Of a stretch of 64,000 bases of DNA, positions 48,815-58,242 are shown in pieces. Origin of the DNA: Candidatus Kapaibacterium sp. (lineage in GTDB: Bacteria > Bacteroidota > Ignavibacteria > Kapaibacteriales > UBA2268); NCBI GenBank assembly GCA_963665665.1, contig OY762428.1, positions 4,736,001-4,800,000 on the forward strand, written 5' to 3'. A program made the position numbers and the translations under genes. The number at the start of each line of letters is the position of its first letter. Positions within the stretch are counted from its first letter, which is position 1. Under the pieces are notes generated by a model. It saw only the letters and a list, made by a program, of their open reading frames with translations. It did no database searches and was not told the DNA's origin.

Positions 48815-49963
48815 CTAAGCCAGCTTCATAAGTTCCCTGGCAATAACTATATGCTGGATCTCGGATGTTCCCTCGTAAATCTCTGTAACTTTCGCATCTC
48901 TCATCATTCTTTCAACATGATATTCTCTGACGTAACCATAGCCACCGTGGATCTGTACAGCTTCACGGGTAACTTCCACTGCTGTCGTCGAAGCAAATAG
49001 CTTTGCTTCAGCCGAGGCTTTAATATAGTTCTCATGCTGGTCCTTCATATATGCGGCTTTTAAAACCAAAAGCCGGGCTGCTTCGATTTTCATAGACATT
49101 TGTGCAAGTTTCATCTGAATAGCCTGATGCTCGATGATGGGTTTTCCGAAGGCTTTTCTTTCTTTGGAATACTTAAGCGCTGCCTCGAAAGCCCCTGATG
49201 CAATGCCAAGAGCCTGGGCGGCAATACCGATCCTGCCACCGTTAAGAGCTTCCATTGCTATTCTGAATCCGCCGCCTTCGCCGCCAATCAGGTGTTCGTC
49301 GTCAACTTGGCAGTTTGTGATACTTATAGAGCAGGTATCGCTGGATTTCATACCCATTTTGTCTTCTTTCGGTCCGGGTTCCCATCCTTCAGTACCCTTT
49401 TCAACAATGAAACAGCCGATACCTTTATGCCTGAGTTCAGGGTTTATCTGGGCGAAAACAATATTCAAATCAGCATTACGGCCTGTGGATATCCAGTTTT
49501 TAATACCGTTCAGGTTCCACATTCCGTCTTTCTTTTCAGCCAGAGTGTGCTGCTGTGTTGCGTCCGAGCCTGCTTCAGGTTCGCTAAGGCAAAATGCGCC
49601 AACTTTTTGTCCCTCGGCAAGTGGCCGCAGGAATCTTTCTTTCTGTTCAGGAGTACCGTACTTTTCAAGTATCCAGCATACAAGTGAGTTGTGTACGGAA
49701 ATAACAATGCCTATGCTGGCTTCAACTTTTGATATTTCTTCCATAACAAGTGCATAACTAACAGCGTCAAGGCCTGATCCGCCATATTCAGGATCAACCA
49801 TGATTCCGAGGAATCCGAGTTCCCCGAGTTGTTTGATTATTTCAGCAGGGTATTCGGTTTTGGCATCTCTTTCCAGTACGCCGGGAAGGATTTCTTCCCG
49901 CGCAAATTTTCGAGCCATATCTCTGATTTGTTCCTGCATTTCCGAAAGTTTAAAAGATATCAT
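48815..49963 (-). CDS. Acyl-CoA dehydrogenase (short-chain/butyryl type)
   Basis: FCLSEPEAGSDA, GRIGIAAQA, QIHGGYGY, IYEGTSEIQ motifs. Confidence 0.95.
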   Translation of the reverse strand: MISFKLSEMQEQIRDMARKFAREEILPGVLERDAKTEYPAEIIKQLGELGFLGIMVDPEYGGSGLDAVSYALVMEEISKVEASIGIVISVHNSLVCWILEKYGTPEQKERFLRPLAEGQKVGAFCLSEPEAGSDATQQHTLAEKKDGMWNLNGIKNWISTGRNADLNIVFAQINPELRHKGIGCFIVEKGTEGWEPGPKEDKMGMKSSDTCSISITNCQVDDEHLIGGEGGGFRIAMEALNGGRIGIAAQALGIASGAFEAALKYSKERKAFGKPIIEHQAIQMKLAQMSMKIEAARLLVLKAAYMKDQHENYIKASAEAKLFASTTAVEVTREAVQIHGGYGYVREYHVERMMRDAKVTEIYEGTSEIQHIVIARELMKLA

Positions 49964-50159
49964 ATTTTACCTTTGAATTTGAATAAAAAAATGCAATAAT
50001 TATCCTGTCAGGTAGTTTTTATCCTTAGCATGGGTTCAATTACAGAGCTTGTGTATGTTTTCCGTTACTTTGATAATTAAATTCGAATAATCTTATTTTT
50101 TAGGTTAATCATTTTTTTGTAATTTTCAAAAAAAATAATTCCAAATTTGGAGGTTTATA

Positions 50160-50903
50160 ATGAAAAAAGTAGTTTTTATATTGATTTCTTTTGTTTTATT
50201 ATCCTCGGCTGAATTACTTGCACAGCCGAAAATGGAAATAGTTGGCGGGAACAAGAAAGATTGGGGTGAGGTAAAACCCACTGATTCTCCGCTTGAAACA
50301 AAAATTAAAATCAAGAATATTGGTAATGAAACACTGCATATTACAAGGGTTAAACCCGGATGTGGCTGTACAACTGCTCCACTTGACAAAGATAAGGTAG
50401 AGCCGGGTGATTTTGCAATTGTTGATGTTAAACTCAATGTTGCCAATTATTCAAACAATGTTCATAAATCAATTTCCATATCAACAAACGATCCTGAAAA
50501 CAGGAATATAAAATATCATTTATATTGCAAAGTGCTAAGGCCTGTGCAGACTTTTCCCCGCTTTATCAATATAACCAATGCTGAAGTTGGTGAAGAAGCT
50601 CTTGGCAAAGTTCGCCTGAAAAATAATTCAAATGAAAAGATCACTATCAAAGAAATCGTATTAAAACCAAAAGATATTAAAATTAATATTGAAGAAGGCT
50701 TTGTTCTTGAGCCTAAAACTGATTTTGGTATTGAAGTTCTTGTTACTCCCAAAGACCTTGGACGTATTCGTGGTATGGTAACAATCAAAACCGACAACTC
50801 CGAAGCTTCTTTCGTAAGGATACCTCTTTATTGTTCGGTAAGGGATAAATCGAAGGTTAAAACTAATAAAACCCGCAATAGAAAAGAAGAGTCGAATCAC
50901 TGA
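50160..50903 (+). CDS. DUF1573 domain exported protein
   Basis: Signal peptide; IKNIGNETLHITRVKPGCGCT signature. Confidence 0.85.
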   Translation: MKKVVFILISFVLLSSAELLAQPKMEIVGGNKKDWGEVKPTDSPLETKIKIKNIGNETLHITRVKPGCGCTTAPLDKDKVEPGDFAIVDVKLNVANYSNNVHKSISISTNDPENRNIKYHLYCKVLRPVQTFPRFINITNAEVGEEALGKVRLKNNSNEKITIKEIVLKPKDIKINIEEGFVLEPKTDFGIEVLVTPKDLGRIRGMVTIKTDNSEASFVRIPLYCSVRDKSKVKTNKTRNRKEESNH

Positions 50904-50927
50904 TAGTTTCTTAAAAACTTTACAAAT

Positions 50928-50966
50928 CACCCGTTAATTCTTATATTAGCGGGTGTTTTATTTTTT
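50928..50966 (+). terminator. Intrinsic terminator
   Basis: CACCCGTTAAT...ATTAGCGGGTG stem followed by a T-rich tract. Confidence 0.65.
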
Positions 50967-50976
50967 GCGGTAATCG

Positions 50977-53040
50977 TTGAATAGAGACTCGAAAATATTG
51001 ATTGCCGGATTTATATCCGGATTTGCAGCAATAATGCTACAAACTATTCTGCTAAGAGAATCTTACCAGCTTTTTATGGGTAATTCCCTGTCAACTGGTG
51101 TATTCTTTTCAATATGGCTTCTTTTTACGGGGCTCGGAGCAATTATAGGAAATAAGGTCAAATTTACTAACAGATTATTGATAATTCTGATAATCGCTAT
51201 AACTATTTTAACTTCCTTTGCCGAAATTATTTTTTTTCTTATTACAAGCCTTTTTTATTCATCCGGATTTAGTCAGGCTATTGAGTTACCATCATATCAA
51301 TTATACGTACCGGGTTTTATTTCGATTGTAGAATCTTTGATTTTTTCAGCCGGAATTATTTCATTTTTTTATGGTATGTTCTTCTCTGCAATTAGTCAGA
51401 TTGCTGATACGGGGAGAAAGAAATATATCTATATCAGCGAAACGGTCGGTGCTTTTGCCGGAGGTCTGATATTTACATTTGTTCTGTCTGATTTGTTGTT
51501 CAATACATATATACTTGCACTTATTTCTGTTTTGTTAGTTATAGTTTTTGTTCTTCTGAATCTTTCAACGAAAAAGGTTACTTTGATAATCTCTGTGTGC
51601 CTTGTTGTTTTTATATCAACAAGCGGTTTTCTTATTAATCTCAGAGAGCATAATTTTGGTATTAACAACATTAGCTTAATTCCTACTAAATATGGCCTCA
51701 TAAATATTTATCATTCTGATTACTCGAATATAATATATCTTAATCACGAAATAATTGCTCAACAGGAGAACCATGCCGGGAAAGAATATTCCATTCATAT
51801 TCCACTTGCCCAAAGAAAAAATATCAAAAAGGTTTTACTTATAGGCGGAGGACTTGACGGTGCAATTGAGGAAGTTCAGAAATATAATCCTGAAATTATT
51901 TATTATGTTTATGAAAACATGAATGTAATTGAATTATCACAAAAATATTTAGGCCTGGAGATTAAAGAAAATGTAAAACTGATTAAGAATGTTAGGGATG
52001 CAGGGAATGATCTGGATGCGGTAATCGTAAACGTAGGTGGTTTTGATAATCCCGGCAAAGCAAGGTTCTATTCTTCTGAATATCTGGAATTCTATAAGAT
52101 GAAACTTGCAGATGGCGGCATTGTTTCACTGAAATTGCCACTGATAGGGAGCTATGCATGGGGGAAAACGGAGAAACTGAGTTCAATAATTTTTTCAACT
52201 GCCCGGAAATCTTTTTCTAATGTTTTGGTTGTTCCCGAACACAGTATGTTTATTATGGCATCAGATTCGACGTTAAGTCTTGATTATCGGGATCTTTTCC
52301 AAAACCACAATATTACTACACTTTATGCAAATTCTGATTATACTGATGATTTCAGCCTGAAATTCAAATCAGATGAAATTACCGGCCTGATAACTGAGAA
52401 TTTCGGAACAAACAGTATTAATAAACCCGGTTTGTCAGGTTGGATATTCCGGTTCATATTAGAAAAACAAGGCGGCTGGCAAATATTTATTGTTATTTCC
52501 ATCGCATGGATAGGGCTATTCCTTTTTACTAAACCATGCAAATCATCATTATCCGTAGCAGTATCCGGTTTTGCATCCATTTCTCTGGAAATGATGATGT
52601 TTTATGCTTTCCAGATTATTAACGGCAGTATTTTCTTAGCTCCTGCTGTTTTGTCATCAGTTTTTATGCTTGGCCTAACTGTAAGCGTATACGGAAGCAG
52701 GCTTGTCAGCTATAAATACTTAATATTATTATTGATTATTACTATACTTTTTCCCATCTATCTGTCAGCGGATAATTTTCAAATTAATACTGTAATTGCG
52801 AATATAATAATAATATCCTCTAACTTTTCTATAGCTTTCCTGAACGGCAGTATATTCAAAAAGTCCCTGATTGGCAGAGAAAACAAAATTGGCAGGCTTT
52901 ATGGCTTTGATTTGCTTGGATCGGTTCCGGGCGGGATTGTTGCTTTTAATATTTTACTTCCTGTATTTGGTTTTATTGAAACATTGGCTTTTTCCGGCCT
53001 TTTAATGCTTTCGGGATTATATTTAATAAAAAAGAATTGA
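50977..53040 (+). CDS. Membrane-bound spermidine-synthase-like protein (fused MFS/SpeE type)
   Basis: N- and C-terminal TM bundles (YISETVGAFAGG, LYGFDLLGS) around a soluble VLLIGGGLDG Rossmann domain. Confidence 0.8.
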   Translation: MNRDSKILIAGFISGFAAIMLQTILLRESYQLFMGNSLSTGVFFSIWLLFTGLGAIIGNKVKFTNRLLIILIIAITILTSFAEIIFFLITSLFYSSGFSQAIELPSYQLYVPGFISIVESLIFSAGIISFFYGMFFSAISQIADTGRKKYIYISETVGAFAGGLIFTFVLSDLLFNTYILALISVLLVIVFVLLNLSTKKVTLIISVCLVVFISTSGFLINLREHNFGINNISLIPTKYGLINIYHSDYSNIIYLNHEIIAQQENHAGKEYSIHIPLAQRKNIKKVLLIGGGLDGAIEEVQKYNPEIIYYVYENMNVIELSQKYLGLEIKENVKLIKNVRDAGNDLDAVIVNVGGFDNPGKARFYSSEYLEFYKMKLADGGIVSLKLPLIGSYAWGKTEKLSSIIFSTARKSFSNVLVVPEHSMFIMASDSTLSLDYRDLFQNHNITTLYANSDYTDDFSLKFKSDEITGLITENFGTNSINKPGLSGWIFRFILEKQGGWQIFIVISIAWIGLFLFTKPCKSSLSVAVSGFASISLEMMMFYAFQIINGSIFLAPAVLSSVFMLGLTVSVYGSRLVSYKYLILLLIITILFPIYLSADNFQINTVIANIIIISSNFSIAFLNGSIFKKSLIGRENKIGRLYGFDLLGSVPGGIVAFNILLPVFGFIETLAFSGLLMLSGLYLIKKN

Positions 53041-53103
53041 CTTTGTTTTAAATGAATTTTTTTGCAATTTTAAAATCGTGTTTTTTTCAAAACAAGAAGA
53101 ATA

Positions 53104-55176
53104 TTGATGACAAGATATAATACAATAGTAATATTATTATTTTTAATACCTTTGCAAGTTTTTTCCAACCTGAGTTTAGATTCACTACAACAAATAATAA
53201 AAAACTCTACAGGCGAGAAGAAAATGGAAGCAATGTTGGAACTGGCTTCCTATAAAGCAAATATAAACACACGTGAAGGCCTGAATGAATACAGGAAAAT
53301 CCTTGAGGCTTCAATAAAAAATAATTACAAGTTTGGTGTTAGTAAAAGCCTGGCCAATATTGGTTATGCACTGACTTTGTTGGAAAAATTCAAGGATGCA
53401 AGGGATACTCTGAGAATTGCCCGTGATAAATTTATTGAAATGAAAGATATATCAAGGGCTGCTTACTGCGTTAATCAGATTGCAAGAAGTTTTGAACTTG
53501 AGGGCAGATATCAGTCTGGCGTAGATAAATATATGGAAGCCCTGAATATGCTTGATAGTCAGCAAATTGGTGCCAACGATTCTACTAAAGTATTTTTGAA
53601 TATGCTTGGTATAATTTACACAGATTTGGGCATGATGCACTTTAAACTGGACAATTTGAAATCAGCGAGAAATTATTTTTACAGAGCTTTGTGGATTGGG
53701 AATAAAGCAAATGATTCAAGAAGAATTGCCGGATCATATTCCAATTTAGGGATGATACACAGGCAATATGGTGAAACGCAAAATGCTCTGGATAATTATT
53801 TTAAAGCAGCCAAATATGCCAAAGAAATTAATCATGTCAGGTATCTTGGTTCAATTTATCAAAATATATCAAATATTTATACTGATCTTCGGAATTTTTC
53901 GGGAGCATTGCATTACCTGGAAAAGGCTAATCGAAACTGGATTGTCCTGGGAGAAGAGATAAATGTTGTTGACGGATATATATCTGAAGCCGATTTAAAT
54001 TTGGCAATGGGGGATTTATCAAAATGCAGGGCGCTTCTTGATTCAGTTTCTGAATATTTTTCTGATCAAAAAAAAAATTCATTATCTTATAAGGATTTCC
54101 TGGTATTGAATTCGAAATATTATGAATTATCAGGTGAATACAAAAAAGCGCTGGATTACTATATTAAAAGTATTTCTGTAAGGGATAATCTTATATCTAC
54201 CGAAAAAGCTATTCATTTAGAGAAAGTCATGGCTAAGTACGAAGCCGAAAAAAAAGAAAATGAAAATGCATTGCTCAGGTTGGAAACTGAGAGAGATAAA
54301 AAAATTATTGTTTATTTTATTTTAGGGTCGTCGCTTCTGATTGCGTTGCTCGTGTTTATGATAATACAATATAGATTAAAGAATAAAGCTCTGTCCGAAA
54401 TAAAAATGTTGAACCAGAAATTAAGTATTTCCAATATTGAACTGGAGGAATCCAGGAAAAAATTGAAAGAACTTAATGATTCCAAGGACAAATTCTTTTC
54501 AATTATCGGGCACGACCTGAAGAATCCTTTATCAATATATAAGTCAATGTCCGATTTTATTTTAAAATCGTTGGATAATCTTTCAAGGAATGATATTGCT
54601 GAGTTTATGCAGGAGTTGCAAAAATCGGCTAAAAAAACTTATTCCCTGTTGGAAAATTTGCTGACATGGGCACGAATGCAGTCCGGCAAAATTGAATTTA
54701 ATCCTGAAATGAACAATATTTACGCTATTATTGAAAGCAATCTTCAGCTACTGAAACTTTCAGCTGAGAAGAAAAATATTGAAATTGCCAGGAAAATTGA
54801 TGATAAGGTTGAAGCAGTTTTCGATGCTAATATGATTAATACAGTGGTAAGAAATCTTGTTTCAAATGCAATTAAATTTACTCCTGAAAAAGGAAGGGTA
54901 GAGGTTGCACTGCAGGAAAATAACGGCTTTTATAATATAATTGTCTCTGATACAGGATTAGGAATCAGCCCGGAAGATAAGAGAAAATTATTCAGGCTTG
55001 ATACTCAGCACACAACTCCCGGTACAGCAAACGAACAGGGGACGGGACTTGGCTTGATACTATGTAAAGATTTTATTGATATGCATGGCGGCAGGATAGA
55101 TATAGAAAGCGAAGAGGGAAACGGTTCGAAATTTATTATAAGTATTCCAAAGGAAATAAACATTGAAAAGGTGTAG
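53104..55176 (+). CDS. TPR-sensor membrane histidine kinase (orphan)
   Basis: Signal peptide, TPR repeats, one TM helix, SIIGHDLKNPL, NAIKFT, GTGLGL. Confidence 0.92.
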   Translation: MMTRYNTIVILLFLIPLQVFSNLSLDSLQQIIKNSTGEKKMEAMLELASYKANINTREGLNEYRKILEASIKNNYKFGVSKSLANIGYALTLLEKFKDARDTLRIARDKFIEMKDISRAAYCVNQIARSFELEGRYQSGVDKYMEALNMLDSQQIGANDSTKVFLNMLGIIYTDLGMMHFKLDNLKSARNYFYRALWIGNKANDSRRIAGSYSNLGMIHRQYGETQNALDNYFKAAKYAKEINHVRYLGSIYQNISNIYTDLRNFSGALHYLEKANRNWIVLGEEINVVDGYISEADLNLAMGDLSKCRALLDSVSEYFSDQKKNSLSYKDFLVLNSKYYELSGEYKKALDYYIKSISVRDNLISTEKAIHLEKVMAKYEAEKKENENALLRLETERDKKIIVYFILGSSLLIALLVFMIIQYRLKNKALSEIKMLNQKLSISNIELEESRKKLKELNDSKDKFFSIIGHDLKNPLSIYKSMSDFILKSLDNLSRNDIAEFMQELQKSAKKTYSLLENLLTWARMQSGKIEFNPEMNNIYAIIESNLQLLKLSAEKKNIEIARKIDDKVEAVFDANMINTVVRNLVSNAIKFTPEKGRVEVALQENNGFYNIIVSDTGLGISPEDKRKLFRLDTQHTTPGTANEQGTGLGLILCKDFIDMHGGRIDIESEEGNGSKFIISIPKEINIEKV

Positions 55177-55178
55177 CC

Positions 55179-56261
55179 GTGGAAAGGAGAAATTTCTGCA
55201 AATTCTGTGTCCTGGCTGGTGTTTCCATTCCTACATTACTTAAATCTGAAGAAAATTACCATTCAGCAAAATATTTTTCTAAAGAAAATAATAATATATT
55301 CTGCCATCTATGCCCGAATGAATGTATTATCAGGCCGGGAAAATCAGGAGATTGTCGTGTGCGGGTAAATAAAGGCGGCAATCTGAAAACACTGGCTTAT
55401 GGTAATCCCTGTGCTGTTAACGTTGACCCCGTTGAAAAGAAACCTTTATATCATTTTTTACCCGGAACAAGAGCCTTTTCAGTAGCAACTGCCGGATGTA
55501 ACCTGAATTGCCTTAATTGCCAGAACTGGGAAATCTCACAGTCCTCTCCAGATAAAACAAGAAATTACAACATGCCCCCTGATGAAGTTATTGCCATGGC
55601 CGAGAAGTATCAATGCCAATCGATAGCATATACATATACCGAGCCTGTTGTGTTTGTTGAATACATGATGGACACGGCTAAGTTAGCCCGGAAAAAAAAT
55701 ATCAAAAATCTGATGATATCTGCCGGATATATCAAAGAAAAGCCCCTGATCGACCTTTGCAAAGTTATTGATGCCGCCAATATAGATTTGAAGGGGTTCG
55801 ATAATGAATTGTATAAAAAACTGAACAGCGGAATCCTTGAGCCGGTCCTTAATACATTGAAGATTTTGAAAGAGAATCATGTACATCTTGAAATAACCAA
55901 TTTGCTGGTACCCGGATGGACTGACGATATGAAAATGATACGAAAAATGTGCAAGTGGCTGTTGAAAAATGGTTTCGAAAACATACCCCTGCATTTATCG
56001 CGATTTTATCCCATGTACAGGCTGAAAAACCTGCCATCAACTCCGATTAAGGTTTTGCAAAATGCTTGTGCTATTGCAAAACAGGAGGGACTTAACAACA
56101 TATTTATTGGAAATGTTGCAGAAATTGATGCATCAAATACTGTCTGCCCTAAATGTGGTGAAATGCTTGTTAAAAGAAAAGGCTATAAAGTAAAATTTAA
56201 TAATATTAACAATTCACACTGCCCGAATTGTAAAGCTGAAATTTACGGTGTCTGGAAATAG
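55179..56261 (+). CDS. amrS: AmmeMemoRadiSam system radical SAM enzyme
   Basis: CHLCPNEC...GDCRVR, DPVEKKPLYHFLPG, GCNLNCLNCQNWEISQ, AYTYTEP, C-terminal CPKC/CPNC. Confidence 0.9.
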   Translation: MERRNFCKFCVLAGVSIPTLLKSEENYHSAKYFSKENNNIFCHLCPNECIIRPGKSGDCRVRVNKGGNLKTLAYGNPCAVNVDPVEKKPLYHFLPGTRAFSVATAGCNLNCLNCQNWEISQSSPDKTRNYNMPPDEVIAMAEKYQCQSIAYTYTEPVVFVEYMMDTAKLARKKNIKNLMISAGYIKEKPLIDLCKVIDAANIDLKGFDNELYKKLNSGILEPVLNTLKILKENHVHLEITNLLVPGWTDDMKMIRKMCKWLLKNGFENIPLHLSRFYPMYRLKNLPSTPIKVLQNACAIAKQEGLNNIFIGNVAEIDASNTVCPKCGEMLVKRKGYKVKFNNINNSHCPNCKAEIYGVWK

Positions 56262-56304
56262 AAGAAATCATCTAAGAATATGATTTTTCAGTATAGTGTT
56301 ATAT

Positions 56305-57654
56305 CTATCCCAGTATTTCTGCAAGAGCAATAGAAATTCTCTCGACGGGAGAAATTTTAATATCAAATCCCGAAGGGAGCTTTTTCATGTTTTGTGATGG
56401 TATCAGAGCCTTTTGAAAACCAAGTTTTTGGGCTTCCTTCAAGCGCTGTTCAATATTAGATACTGCTCTTACTTCTCCTGTAAGTCCGATTTCCCCGATA
56501 AGAAGTGCTTTGGGATTTACAGGAACGTCCCGAAGTGAGCTGATAAGCGCGGCAGCAAGGCCAAGATCCAGGGAAGGGTCGTTCATATAAACACCCCCGG
56601 CAACGTTAACGAATACGTCTGCCTGCCTGAATTGAGCACCAAGTCGTTTTTCAAGGACGGCAAGTATCATTTGAAGCCGCCGCATATCAAATCCCGTAGT
56701 GGTTCTTTGCGGCACGCTGTAGCCGGTTGGGGAAACAAGAGCCTGAACTTCAAGCAGTATCGGCCTGGTGCCTTCGATAGCTGCTACAATTGCAATGCCC
56801 GAGTCTTCCTGTCTGCGCTGAGCCAGGAATAATTCCGATGGATTGGAAACTTCGCGAAGGCCTTTGTCGCTCATTTCAAATATTCCGATCTCGTTTGTAG
56901 AGCCATAGCGGTTTTTATGAGCGCGGAGTATCCTGTATGAATAAGTTTTCTCGCCTTCGAATTGCAGGACTGTGTCAACCATGTGTTCCAGAATTTTCGG
57001 GCCGGCAATTACTCCTTCTTTTGTCACGTGGCCCACAACGAATACGGCTTTATTGCTTTTCTTGGCTGTCTGCATCAGCAGGGAAGTGCATTCCCTTACC
57101 TGCGCAACAGAACCGGGTGTAGCATCCACTCGTTCGGAATAAACCGATTGAATTGAATCAATGATTATTATCCGGCCATCATGCTGCTGAATGGCGGCAT
57201 TGATATTTTCTATCAGTGTGTCCGCCATCACGGACATATCATTTTCAATACCCTTCAGCCTTTGTGCGCGGTATTTTATCTGCTGCAGCGATTCTTCGCC
57301 GGTTATATATAGAGGGTTGAACTTCTGCAGACGGCCGCACATCTGCAGCATAAGAGTTGATTTGCCAATGCCGGGATCGCCGCCGACAAGTATGATTGAA
57401 CCTGGTATAATACCGCCACCGAGTACCCGGTCCAACTCTGTAATTGATGTTCTGAACCTGTAGTCAGGTTCGTTGGGTACGTCTTTCAGCTTAATTATAT
57501 TTGCCTGCCCTGTAGTCCTGGCCGGCTGCCCTTTTGCCCCGGAAACGACCTGCTCTTCCAGGCTTCCCCAGGAGTTACATTCAGGGCACTTTCCAAGCCA
57601 CTTAGGTGATTGCGCCCCGCATTCTTTACATATAAATGTCTTTTTTTGTTTCAT
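56305..57654 (-). CDS. radA: DNA repair protein RadA/Sms
   Basis: C4 zinc finger, GGDPGIGKST, KNRYG, Lon-like C-terminus. Confidence 0.97.
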   Translation of the reverse strand: MKQKKTFICKECGAQSPKWLGKCPECNSWGSLEEQVVSGAKGQPARTTGQANIIKLKDVPNEPDYRFRTSITELDRVLGGGIIPGSIILVGGDPGIGKSTLMLQMCGRLQKFNPLYITGEESLQQIKYRAQRLKGIENDMSVMADTLIENINAAIQQHDGRIIIIDSIQSVYSERVDATPGSVAQVRECTSLLMQTAKKSNKAVFVVGHVTKEGVIAGPKILEHMVDTVLQFEGEKTYSYRILRAHKNRYGSTNEIGIFEMSDKGLREVSNPSELFLAQRRQEDSGIAIVAAIEGTRPILLEVQALVSPTGYSVPQRTTTGFDMRRLQMILAVLEKRLGAQFRQADVFVNVAGGVYMNDPSLDLGLAAALISSLRDVPVNPKALLIGEIGLTGEVRAVSNIEQRLKEAQKLGFQKALIPSQNMKKLPSGFDIKISPVERISIALAEILG

Positions 57655-57759
57655 TGAATCAATTTACAAAATATTTTTGATATTTTATTCCATATCTAAA
57701 GAATTTAATATTTATTATTAGTTGAAAAGTAGTTGTAAAAGTAATGAAATCTAAAAATG

Positions 57760-58227
57760 CTAATGCACACAACCAAGATAAACTTTTGATTTCAATATTT
57801 GATAATTATCAAAATTAACAGAATCAATATAATTATCAGCAGCGTCTTTCTCATAGAATATTCCGGCAACAATTATGAATAATTCGCCTCCGGTCGGAAT
57901 TCTTCCTTCTGTGTAGTAAATCAATGGTTCGATACTTAGTTCTGTTGAAGGCCATCTTCTGGGAGCAAACTCGCCGGCATAGATTTCGTCCGAATCGTTA
58001 TAAGATAGCACCAGAAATCCCCTGGCACTATCCCAAACCCTGTTCTTAGGGTATTCAATCTTTGGGCTTTTACTTAATTTTTCTGCCTTGTGATTCAAAT
58101 CCTGGTAATTATAAGATGAGTCCAATTTAACAATATACATCTCTCTGTATTGGTCTTAAATATCAGATTCCTGACTAATAAGAAATAATCCCGGAATTAT
58201 TATCAGCAATGAAATATACTTATACAT
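57760..58227 (-). pseudogene. Exported hypothetical protein interrupted by an in-frame TAA
   Basis: ATG at 58227 with GGAG SD encodes signal-like MYKYISLLIIIPGLFLISQESDI, then TAA (58156-58158), then continues in frame into ORF 57760-58140. Confidence 0.65.
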
Positions 58228-58242
58228 TTTCAATCTCCCATT

